A stretch of 32,000 bases of DNA from Bermanella sp. WJH001 (GTDB lineage Bacteria > Pseudomonadota > Gammaproteobacteria > Pseudomonadales > Oceanobacteraceae). The stretch lies in the NCBI RefSeq assembly GCF_030070105.2, contig NZ_CP194951.1, positions 1,038,453 through 1,070,452 of the forward strand. Direction: 5' to 3'. Positions 9,739 to 19,631 of the stretch are shown here, in pieces (position 1 is the first letter of the stretch; each line of letters begins with the position of its first letter). Below the pieces are notes generated by a model that saw only the letters and a program-made list of their open reading frames with translations, did no database searches and was not told where the DNA came from. The position numbers and the translations under genes are program-made.

Positions 9739-9800
9739 AGACGTCTAACAGGGACGTCTAGGCAGGGAAGCTGCCAACGGATGGCATTTTTTTGGCAGCT
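9739..9800 (+). promoter_or_regulatory. Structured 5' leader of fliE with alternative hairpins
   Basis: AGACGTC/GACGTCT (9739-9745/9753-9759); GGCAG/CTGCC (9761-9765/9771-9775); TGCCA/TGGCA (9772-9776/9782-9786) followed by T7; AGCTGCC/GGCAGCT (9769-9775/9794-9800). Confidence 0.6.
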
Positions 9801-9817
9801 AATGAATGAGGTGAAAC

Positions 9818-10213
9818 ATGGTAGATAGAGCCGATATAAACAGTGTCCTATCCCAATTGCGCCAAGTACGCTCACAAATACAAGAGCCTAATCGTGCAGA
9901 ACTGTCTGCGGCAGACCGCCTAACTGAAGAGGTGGCCAAGCTACAAAATCAAAGTGCAAATTACCCGGATATCAAAGCCGATCCAAATGTGCCTGATTTT
10001 AAAACTATGTTTGGTAATGCCATTAATAATGTGAATGAACAGCAACAAAAAAGTTCAGAGTTACGCACCCGATTCGAAAAAGGTGATCCTATGGTTGATT
10101 TGCCAGAGGTCATGATTGCGGCACAAAAAGCCAGTGTATCCTTTGATGCAATGAAAGAAGTGCGTAATAAATTGGTCGATGCTTACAAAGACATTATGAA
10201 TATGCCGGTATAA
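9818..10213 (+). CDS. fliE: Flagellar hook-basal body protein FliE
   Basis: 131 aa; C-terminal DFKTMFGNAINNVNEQQQKSSELRTRFEKGDPMVDLPEVMIAAQKASVSFDAMKEVRNKLVDAYKDIMNMPV is characteristic. Confidence 0.95.
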   Translation: MVDRADINSVLSQLRQVRSQIQEPNRAELSAADRLTEEVAKLQNQSANYPDIKADPNVPDFKTMFGNAINNVNEQQQKSSELRTRFEKGDPMVDLPEVMIAAQKASVSFDAMKEVRNKLVDAYKDIMNMPV

Positions 10214-10284
10214 AAATAGGTGTACGTGTTTTGATTTTTGTTCATTTTTTATTTCACAGACAACCGTAGTAAAGGTTACATCTA

Positions 10285-12030
10285 ATGGCCACAGATAACG
10301 TACCGGCAGAGACAGGGGATAACTTTCCCACAGAGTCCGACCCTAATGTAAGTGATTCATCAGAAAGTTTTAATGATTCACTTCCGGATGCCATGGATGC
10401 CAGTGAAATAAACCCAATTATGATGGGCTTTAATAAGCTCACCATCGTACGCCAAGTAGCCTTATTAATTGGCTTTGCAGGTTTATTAGCCTTAGGTATT
10501 GGTGTGGTAATTTGGTCGCAAGAGACTCAATACCGCCCGTTAATTAGTAACCTTGAAGACTTTAACGCAAAAGAAATTCTCGCCATCTTAGATCAAACTG
10601 GCATTGATTATCGCATCAATCCCACCTCAGGCATTGTCACCGTACCCGAAACCGACATTCATGAAGCACGTTTAGCCCTAGCGCCTGTATTAGCAGAAGT
10701 GGATGACAGCGTTGGCCTTGAATTGTTGGATAAAGAACAGGGTTTAGGCACCAGTCAATTCATTGAAAGCGCTCGCTACCGTCGTGGTTTAGAAGGTGAA
10801 TTAGCGCGTACCATTGCAAGTTTACAAAGTGTGCGTAATGCCAGAGTGCATTTGGCATTGCCTAAGCAATCGGTTTTTGTGCGAGATGACCGAGAACCAA
10901 GGGCCTCTGTATTTTTAGAAATATACGGTGGAAAAGGTTTAAAGCAAGCGCAGGCAGAGGCCATCATAAATTTAGTGGCCAGCAGTATTCCTGAGTTACC
11001 GGTTGAGAATGTGACGCTTGTAGATCAGAAAGGAAACTTACTAAGTAAAGATGATAAATCCACAGAGGACTTATTAGCCGCTAAACAATATGAATTTACC
11101 CGCAAACTGGAAGACAATTTAAATCAACGTGTGCAGCGCATTTTAGAACCCGTATTAGGCGCGGATAACTTCCAAGCGGAAGTCAGTGCTGATTTAGACT
11201 TTACCGCCGTTGAGCAAACACAAGAACTTTACAACCCTGATTTAATCGCTTTACGCAGTGAGCAAACCTTAGACGAAGAAAGTCTAAACAAGGTCGACGG
11301 TGGTGTCCCAGGAGCATTATCAAACCAACCGCCGGGGGCTGCAGAGGCACCAGAGGTGGCAAACGGTGGTGAACAAGGTCAAGGTCAACCGATTGAGCGT
11401 CGCAGTGAAGCCACACGTAACTATGAAGTTGACCGGACTTTGAGTCATACTCAACATCAGGTGGGCAAGGTACGCCGCGTAACGGTGTCGGTAGCGGTCA
11501 ATGATCGTGCGCGAATGAACCCTCAAACCGGTGTAACTGAGGCCGTCACTTGGAGTCAAGAAGAGCTAACACGTCTTGAGTTACTGGTGAAAGATGCGGT
11601 GGGTTTCAACGCCGCTCGTGGTGATAGTGTCAGTGTCATCAATAGTGCTTTCTTAGGTGGACCACAAGAACTGGGAGAACCTGATTTCTGGCGTCAGCCT
11701 TGGTTCTGGGAAATTGTGAAACAAGTGTTGGCCGGTATATTCTTGTTGATCGTGATCTTTGGTGTGATTCGTCCGATTGTTCGTAATCTTATTGAACGCG
11801 GCAAAATGGATGAAAACGCAGAAATCGAAGGCGAATTGGATGAGCTTGGAAATGGTGATGATTTATTTGGCGATGATAAAGTCACGTTAGCCGGTGCCGA
11901 TGAGTTCTTATTGCCTGGGGCAAGCGAAGGATTTGAACGTCAACTTGATGCGCTTAAAGGGTTAATTGCAGAAGATCCAGCTAGGGTGGCGCAAGCATTT
12001 AAGAAATGGGTGAACAATGCCGAAGGATGA
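10285..12030 (+). CDS. fliF: Flagellar MS-ring protein FliF
   Basis: 581 aa; YRPLISNLEDFNAKEILAILDQTGIDYRI, RYRRGLEGELARTIASLQSVRNARVHLALPKQSVF, C-terminal TM and acidic FliG-binding tail. Confidence 0.97.
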   Translation: MATDNVPAETGDNFPTESDPNVSDSSESFNDSLPDAMDASEINPIMMGFNKLTIVRQVALLIGFAGLLALGIGVVIWSQETQYRPLISNLEDFNAKEILAILDQTGIDYRINPTSGIVTVPETDIHEARLALAPVLAEVDDSVGLELLDKEQGLGTSQFIESARYRRGLEGELARTIASLQSVRNARVHLALPKQSVFVRDDREPRASVFLEIYGGKGLKQAQAEAIINLVASSIPELPVENVTLVDQKGNLLSKDDKSTEDLLAAKQYEFTRKLEDNLNQRVQRILEPVLGADNFQAEVSADLDFTAVEQTQELYNPDLIALRSEQTLDEESLNKVDGGVPGALSNQPPGAAEAPEVANGGEQGQGQPIERRSEATRNYEVDRTLSHTQHQVGKVRRVTVSVAVNDRARMNPQTGVTEAVTWSQEELTRLELLVKDAVGFNAARGDSVSVINSAFLGGPQELGEPDFWRQPWFWEIVKQVLAGIFLLIVIFGVIRPIVRNLIERGKMDENAEIEGELDELGNGDDLFGDDKVTLAGADEFLLPGASEGFERQLDALKGLIAEDPARVAQAFKKWVNNAEG

Positions 12031-13075
12031 ACAAACTCCACCAACTGACGTTGCTAAAGCAAAGCCAAAAGGTGAGCTTTCAAGTTTAGATCATAAAGAG
12101 CGCGCGGCGATTCTTCTTATGAGCTTAGGTGAAAAAGATGCAGCGGAGCTGTTAAAACACTTAGGGCCAAAAGAAGTGCAAGCAGTGGGCGCAACCATGG
12201 CCCAGTTAAAAGATATTACTCAGTCACAAGTTGAGGGTGTGGTAGCTGAGTTTTTAGATAGTCTTTCTGGTCAAACCGGTTTAGGCCTAGGTGCAGACGA
12301 ATACATTCGTAACATGCTGACCCAGGCGTTAGGTTCAGATAAGGCCGGTGGTTTAATAGACCGTATTTTATTAGGCGGTAATACCACAGGTCTTGATACA
12401 TTAAAGTGGATGGAAAGCCGAGCGGTTGCTGATGTTATTAGGCACGAGCATCCACAAATTCAAGCCATTGTTATCGCCTATTTAGAGAGTGATCAAGCGG
12501 CAGAGATTCTTTATAACTTTGATGAAAAAGTCCGATTAGACATCATGATGCGAGTGGCATCATTACAAGCCGTGCAACCCGCTGCCCTGCAAGAATTAAA
12601 CGATATTCTTGAAAAACAATTCTCCGGTAATCAAGGTCAGCAAACCACTGCAATGGGTGGTGTGAAAGTATCGGCTGGCATTATTAATAATCTAGATAGT
12701 ACTTTAAGTGGTGAACTACTCGATCAAATTAAAGAAGTGGACGAAGAGCTTGGGGTACAAATACAAGACCTTATGTTCGTGTTTGAAAATCTTAATGAAG
12801 TGGACGACCGTGGTATTCAAGTGCTTCTACGGGAAGTGTCTGGTGATCTGTTAACCATTGCACTCAAAGGTGCTGATGAAGACCTTAAAGAGAAAATATT
12901 CCGCAATATGTCAAAACGTGCAGCCGAACTATTGCGTGATGACCTTGAAGCGAAAGGTCCGGTTAAAGTCAGTGAAGTTGAAGGTGCACAAAAAGAAATT
13001 CTCGCCATTGCACGGCGCATGGCAGATGCAGGCGAAATTGTTCTAGGTGGTGCCGGCGGCGAGCAAATGCTTTAG
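12017..13075 (+). CDS. fliG: Flagellar motor switch protein FliG
   Basis: 352 aa; KERAAILLMSLGEKDAAELLKHLGPKEVQ and C-terminal MFVFENLNEVDDRGIQVLLREVSGDLLTIALKGADEDLKEKIFRNMSKRAAELL. Overlaps the fliF end by 14 bp. Confidence 0.97.
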   Translation: MPKDEQTPPTDVAKAKPKGELSSLDHKERAAILLMSLGEKDAAELLKHLGPKEVQAVGATMAQLKDITQSQVEGVVAEFLDSLSGQTGLGLGADEYIRNMLTQALGSDKAGGLIDRILLGGNTTGLDTLKWMESRAVADVIRHEHPQIQAIVIAYLESDQAAEILYNFDEKVRLDIMMRVASLQAVQPAALQELNDILEKQFSGNQGQQTTAMGGVKVSAGIINNLDSTLSGELLDQIKEVDEELGVQIQDLMFVFENLNEVDDRGIQVLLREVSGDLLTIALKGADEDLKEKIFRNMSKRAAELLRDDLEAKGPVKVSEVEGAQKEILAIARRMADAGEIVLGGAGGEQML

Positions 13076-13124
13076 GGTTAGACAAAAGGCATTTTTATGA
13101 AATTGTTTTTAGAGTGCAGTCAAC

Positions 13125-14409
<1,285 letters not shown>

Positions 14410-14420
<11 letters not shown>

Positions 14421-15771
14421 ATCCTTAAATTGGCTAAAACAAACAGGTGAGTATCAATGTCAGCCAGTGGTATCGGGGCAATTAACCAGAATGGTTGGCC
14501 TGACAATGGAAGCGGTTGGCTGCAAAGTAAAAGTAGGGGATCGTTGCTGGGTCGAACAAGGGCGAGAAAATATCGAAGCAGAAGTGGTGGGGTTTGACCG
14601 CGAAAAATTCTTTTTAATGCCAATCGAACCGGTGCAAGGTTTATCACCCGGAGCAAAAGTCACCCCGATTCTTGATGGCGATCAAATTCCCGCAGGGTTT
14701 GGTTTATTAGGACGCGTTTTAAATGGCGCAGGAAGGCCGCTTGATGGTCTTGGTGATATTGTCAGTAATGAATACATCAGCCTTGAAGGCAAAATCATCA
14801 ACCCTATGCAGCGTGCCCCCATACGCGAAACCATGGATGTGGGAATACGGGCCATCAATGCACTTTTAACCGTGGGGCGTGGTCAACGCATGGGATTATT
14901 TGCAGGCTCTGGTGTGGGTAAAAGTATGTTACTGGGTATGATGACCCGCTTTACCACCGCCGACATTGTAGTCGTGGGTTTGGTGGGGGAGCGTGGCCGA
15001 GAAGTACAAGAATTCATTCAAGATATACATGGTGAAGAAGGCTTAAAGCGCGCAGTGGTTGTAGCCAGCCCTGCTGATGACTCCCCTATCATGCGTATGC
15101 GTGCCGCCTCATTAAGCACCGCGATAGCGGAATATTTTCGTGATGAAGGCAAAGATGTTTTATTGTTAATGGACAGTTTAACTCGTTATGGCCAAGCACA
15201 ACGGGAAGTGGCATTAGCGGTGGGTGAACCCCCAGCCACAAAAGGGTATCCACCTTCTGTATTTGCTAAAATTCCTAAATTAGTTGAGCGAACTGGCAAT
15301 GGGCCACCAGGTGGTGGCTCAATTACCGCATTTTATACGGTGCTCACAGAAGGCGATGACCTGCAAGACCCCATTGCCGATTCGGCGCGGGCGATACTAG
15401 ATGGTCACGTGGTATTAAGTCGCCGTTTAGCAGAAGAAGGCCAATACCCAGCCATTGATGTGGAGGCATCCATTAGCCGAGCCATGCCACAAATTGTAGA
15501 TGCTGTGACCTTGAAATCAGCTCAGCGATTTAAGTACCTCTATAGCTTGTATCAACAAAACAAAGATTTAATCAGCGTGGGTGCCTATAACCCAGGAAGC
15601 AACCCAGAGCTAGATCTAGCTGTGCGATTGAATCCCGTGATGAAAGCCTATTTGGCCCAAGACTTAAATCAATCACTGAGCCTTAAAGAGAGTATGGAAG
15701 GCTTAACCATGATATTAAACGAAGCATTAGGACGGCGAGCTGAACCACAAGGAGCACCTGAAGCGCAATGA
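14410..15771 (+). CDS. fliI: Flagellum-specific ATPase FliI
   Basis: Walker A GLFAGSGVGKSML, GLVGERGREVQEF, LLLMDSLTRYGQAQREVALAVGEPPATKGYPPSVF. The provided start is 14383; ATG 14410 (MSLKSLNW) reduces the fliH overlap and looks more natural. Confidence 0.95.
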
Positions 15772-16217
15772 GTCGTGAACGTGCCAAACGATTAAAACCC
15801 CTTGTTCAGATTGCACAAAATGCCGTGAATGAAGCCCTTTCATACATTGGTGCACTGCAACAAAAGCTGCGCAGTGAAGAAGAGAAAAGTCAGACCCTAT
15901 TAGGGTATCAGCAAGACTACCGAGTCAATTTTCAAAACCAAGCCAGCATCAAGGTATCCGGATTACAGATTCAACAATTTGAATCATTTATGCACCAAAT
16001 AGACGATGCCATTGCCCAGCAAAACAACCACATCTTCCAAGTAAAAGAACAACTCAAAAAAGCACAGGGCATTTATCAAACCCTCAACCAAAAATTAAAG
16101 AGTTATGAAAAGTTAGAAACTCGACTTAATGATCAGGCAATAGCGTCAGAAAACCAACAGATGCAGAAATTTTTAGATGAAATTGGTGCACAACTTCATC
16201 GTCTTCATAGCTCATAA
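15768..16217 (+). CDS. fliJ: Flagellar export protein FliJ
   Basis: 149-aa coiled-coil protein directly after fliI with 4-bp overlap; RAKRLKPLVQIAQNAVNEA. Confidence 0.88.
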   Translation: MSRERAKRLKPLVQIAQNAVNEALSYIGALQQKLRSEEEKSQTLLGYQQDYRVNFQNQASIKVSGLQIQQFESFMHQIDDAIAQQNNHIFQVKEQLKKAQGIYQTLNQKLKSYEKLETRLNDQAIASENQQMQKFLDEIGAQLHRLHSS

Positions 16218-16307
16218 TTATTAACAAAAAAAACTTTCTGCCGCCCCCAACATTCCATGTATTACCGTCTAACATTATCAATAAATGAGCTAAAGGCTGT
16301 ACACATC

Positions 16308-16589
16308 ATGGAAATGGATAAGATTGACTTGGGTACGCGCTGTACCATAGTCAAAGCAGAGGAACTGCACGGGCAAATGGAAGGCTTGATTCAATCTGGC
16401 AATGACATCGAAATACAATCTGCTGGTATCGAGCAAATTGACACATCTGCTTTACAACTTCTTCTTAGTTTTCATCAAGCATTGGCTAAAGATAACCGAA
16501 AATTATCTTGGCCAAATCCATCAGAGCAAACAGTTGCCACAGCTAAGCTATTGGGTGTTGATGAATATATTGGATTAAGTGGACACTAA
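16308..16589 (+). CDS. Small STAS-domain protein
   Basis: IEIQSAGIEQIDTSALQLLLSFHQALAKDNRKLSWPNPSEQTVATAKLLGV resembles STAS/anti-sigma antagonist folds. ATG 16308 preferred over the provided 16257. Confidence 0.8.
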   Translation: MEMDKIDLGTRCTIVKAEELHGQMEGLIQSGNDIEIQSAGIEQIDTSALQLLLSFHQALAKDNRKLSWPNPSEQTVATAKLLGVDEYIGLSGH

Positions 16590-16605
16590 TTCGGGAGAGC
16601 AATTT

Positions 16606-16968
16606 ATGGCAAAAATATTAGCAGTAGATGATTCAGCTTCCATGCGACAAATGGTGAGTTTTACCCTAAAAGGTGCTGGCCATGATGTGATTGAAGCCAG
16701 TGATGGTGTAGAGGCATTAAACTTTGCAAAAGGGCAAGGTGTCGACCTTGTGCTAAGTGATGTCAATATGCCAAACATGAATGGTATTGAGTTATGCCGT
16801 AATTTACGCGAATTACCAAGCTATAAATTCACGCCAATCTTAATGTTAACCACCGAGTCAGCTGGCGATAAAAAAATGGAAGGTAAAAGCGCAGGAGCGA
16901 CAGGTTGGATCGTTAAACCGTTTAATCCTGATCAGTTGCTTACGACCATCAAGAAAGTATTGGGATAA
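16606..16968 (+). CDS. cheY: Chemotaxis response regulator CheY
   Basis: Single receiver domain: ILAVDDSASMRQMV, DLVLSDVNMPNMNG, LTTE, VKPFN. ATG 16606 preferred over the provided 16579. Confidence 0.93.
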   Translation: MAKILAVDDSASMRQMVSFTLKGAGHDVIEASDGVEALNFAKGQGVDLVLSDVNMPNMNGIELCRNLRELPSYKFTPILMLTTESAGDKKMEGKSAGATGWIVKPFNPDQLLTTIKKVLG

Positions 16969-16971
16969 ATC

Positions 16972-19113
16972 ATGAGTATTGATCTTAGTCAGTTCCACCA
17001 AGTATTTTACGAAGAGAGTTATGAAGGCCTTGATGCAATGGAGCAAGGCTTACTTGACTTAGACTTGGTAGAACCGGACGCTGAAGTCATCAATACTATT
17101 TTTCGTGCAGCGCATTCAATGAAAGGCGGTGCAGGCACCTTTGGTTTTACCCAGGTGGCTGATTTTACTCATGTGCTAGAAACGCTACTTGACCAAATAC
17201 GCAGCGGTCAACGGGCCATGAGCCAAGACATTCAAAACTTGTTACTCAAAAGTGTCGATTGCATAAGAGGTTTATTACAAGACCTACAAGCGAGTAATGA
17301 TCCTGATCTTGAAGAAAGCAAGGTCCTAAAGGCGCAATTTGAAGCCATATTAAATGGCGAGGCCCCATCAGTTGTCGAGCCTCCACAGCCCCCATCCGAT
17401 ATCCCAAAAGCTGAAAAAAATAGTGAAGCTGGCGGCTGGCATATTCGATTTATACCTGAACTGTCTATCTTACAAACCGGTAACGAACCCACACGAATGT
17501 TCCGTCAACTTGCAGACCTATGTGATAGCAATATGCAAGTGATTGCCGGTACCGAACGGGTGCCTGAATTTACCAGTTTGGACCCTGAACTGTGTTATTT
17601 AACATGGGATATTCGAATTGAAAAATCCATTTCAAAAGCAGACATAGAAGAAGTTTTTGAATGGGTAGCAGATGATGCCGAAATCATTATTACGCCGTTA
17701 TCAGGCAGTGTTAATGAATCAACCGACACAACAGCAGAAAAACAAACGGCAGAGCCCGACGTTACAGAAGTAGGCATGACAGAACCAGAAGTGGCTGAAT
17801 TGGCACCTGTTACACCACAAACCACAGCGTCATCTAAAACAGAAGCAGCTGTTTCAAAAACGGTAGAGAATCCAGCAAAACCTCAAGCTAAGGCCGCACC
17901 TAAGACGCAAGAGAGTTCATCTATCCGCGTGAGTATCGATAAGGTAGATAGCTTAATTAATATGGTGGGGGAATTAGTCATAACCCAATCTATGTTAGGA
18001 CAGCTTGGGCAAAACTTTGATATTACTCGTGTTCAGCGCTTACAAGAGGGCTTGGCACAACTTGAACATAACACTCGTGAGTTACAAGAAAGTGTTATGA
18101 AAATTCGTATGATGCCAATTAGTTTTGTCTTCAGTCGTTTTCCTCGTTTAGTTCGTGATGTGAGTATCTCTTTAGATAAAAAAATAGAACTGCTTATGTC
18201 TGGTGAAAATACCGAGCTTGATAAGACCGTAATGGAGAAAATTGGTGACCCAATGGTTCACTTGATTCGTAATTCCATTGACCATGGTATCGAAATGCCC
18301 GCAGATAGAATAGCGGCAGGTAAGCCAGAAACAGGCACCGTAAAATTAGATGCTTATCATCAAAGTGGCAATATTGTCATTGAAATTAAAGACGACGGTG
18401 CGGGCCTCAATACAGATCGAATTTTAACAAAAGCCATGGAAAAAGGTTTGGTTGCCGAAGGTGCAAATTTAAGTCAAGAACAGATATTCGACCTAATTTT
18501 TCAACCTGGTTTTTCAACGGCGGATGTTGTCAGTGATTTATCGGGCCGTGGCGTAGGCATGGATGTGGTGCGCAGAAACATTGCAGCTTTAAATGGCTCA
18601 ATTGAAGTGTCATCGGAGCGTGGGCGCGGTTCTCGCTTTGTCATAAGGCTGCCTCTGACCTTGGCAATTCTAGATGGACAACTGGTCAAAGTTGGAGAAG
18701 AAATTTATATCTTCCCACTGGTGAGCATTGTGGAATCGATCCAGTTAGATGATCGCGCAATCAATCATGTTGGTGGGCACAGCGATGTTCTGCAACTGCG
18801 CGATGAGTATGTGCCGATTGTTGAGCTTGACGAAGTATTTAATATTGATAAAGAAAAACGATCCATCGAAGAAAGCATTATTGTGGTGGTTGAAACAGAT
18901 GGTGAAAAAATCGGCGTTGTGGTGGATGAGTTGTTAGGGCAACAGCAAGTGGTTATCAAAAGCTTAGAAGAAAACTACAAGCGAGTAGATGGTATTTCAG
19001 GTGCGACCATACTAGGTGATGGAACAGTCGCATTAATTGTCGATGTGAGCAGCTTGTCAAAAATGAGCGGTGCATCATCTAGAATAATTGACGGTGGCCA
19101 TAAAGCCGCATAA
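16972..19113 (+). CDS. cheA: Chemotaxis histidine kinase CheA
   Basis: 713 aa; HPt AAHSMKGGAGTFGF, dimerisation VDSLINMVGELVITQSML, HATPase HLIRNSIDHGIE and DDGAGL, SGRGVGMDVV, C-terminal CheW-like domain. Confidence 0.97.
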   Translation: MSIDLSQFHQVFYEESYEGLDAMEQGLLDLDLVEPDAEVINTIFRAAHSMKGGAGTFGFTQVADFTHVLETLLDQIRSGQRAMSQDIQNLLLKSVDCIRGLLQDLQASNDPDLEESKVLKAQFEAILNGEAPSVVEPPQPPSDIPKAEKNSEAGGWHIRFIPELSILQTGNEPTRMFRQLADLCDSNMQVIAGTERVPEFTSLDPELCYLTWDIRIEKSISKADIEEVFEWVADDAEIIITPLSGSVNESTDTTAEKQTAEPDVTEVGMTEPEVAELAPVTPQTTASSKTEAAVSKTVENPAKPQAKAAPKTQESSSIRVSIDKVDSLINMVGELVITQSMLGQLGQNFDITRVQRLQEGLAQLEHNTRELQESVMKIRMMPISFVFSRFPRLVRDVSISLDKKIELLMSGENTELDKTVMEKIGDPMVHLIRNSIDHGIEMPADRIAAGKPETGTVKLDAYHQSGNIVIEIKDDGAGLNTDRILTKAMEKGLVAEGANLSQEQIFDLIFQPGFSTADVVSDLSGRGVGMDVVRRNIAALNGSIEVSSERGRGSRFVIRLPLTLAILDGQLVKVGEEIYIFPLVSIVESIQLDDRAINHVGGHSDVLQLRDEYVPIVELDEVFNIDKEKRSIEESIIVVVETDGEKIGVVVDELLGQQQVVIKSLEENYKRVDGISGATILGDGTVALIVDVSSLSKMSGASSRIIDGGHKAA

Positions 19114-19619
19114 TGGAAGCCGATGCTATGACTGCAGTTAGTGAAATGGAAGAAAGTCAAAAAATTGGATCGGAAGACGGTGTTTTAACCGAGCAGTATC
19201 TGACTTTTATAATGGCTGATGAAGAATATGGTGTTGATATTCTTGCCGTTCAAGAAATTAGGGGTTGGGAGTCTGCGACCCCAGTACCTAACAGTCCAAA
19301 TTATTTAAAGGGGGTCATAAATTTACGCGGCACAATTGTCCCGATTATGGATTTACGCTTACGATTTGATCTTCCTAAGATTGAATACGGAGAAGAAACC
19401 GTTGTCGTTGTTTTAAAGATATTCACATCAACCGGAACTCGGACAATGGGAATAATTGTTGATGCCATAAGTGATGTCTATGACGTACCCATTGGTGAAG
19501 CAAAAAACAAAGGACTTGGTGATAACCAGAATTCAAATTTTATAAAAGGATTGGTAACCGTGAAAAAAAACATGGTGATTCTATTAGAACTTGAAAATCT
19601 TTTAACGATTGATGATTAG
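19113..19619 (+). CDS. cheW: Chemotaxis coupling protein CheW
   Basis: 168 aa; YLTFIMADEEYGVDILAVQEIRGWESATPVPNSPNYLKGVINLRGTIVPIMDLRLRF. Confidence 0.96.
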   Translation: MEADAMTAVSEMEESQKIGSEDGVLTEQYLTFIMADEEYGVDILAVQEIRGWESATPVPNSPNYLKGVINLRGTIVPIMDLRLRFDLPKIEYGEETVVVVLKIFTSTGTRTMGIIVDAISDVYDVPIGEAKNKGLGDNQNSNFIKGLVTVKKNMVILLELENLLTIDD

Positions 19620-19631
19620 GTGGAAATAAAA

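Noticed and set aside
9717-9817. c-di-GMP (GEMM) riboswitch in the fliE leader
   Set aside because: The characteristic conserved GEMM core segments could not be matched by eye; kept only as a generic structured leader.
9721-9828. 35-codon ORF (MEKMSGRRLTGTSRQGSCQRMAFFWQLMNEVKHGR) in the fliE leader overlapping the fliE start
   Set aside because: The predicted TSS would leave almost no leader or ribosome site for it, and composition is unconvincing. Structured RNA is the simpler reading, though translation coupling cannot be excluded without Ribo-seq.
16218-16307. Mobile element or recombination scar at the fliJ / chemotaxis junction
   Set aside because: No inverted repeats, target duplication, integrase or tRNA remnant visible in the 90-nt gap or at the cheB-hsbA boundary.
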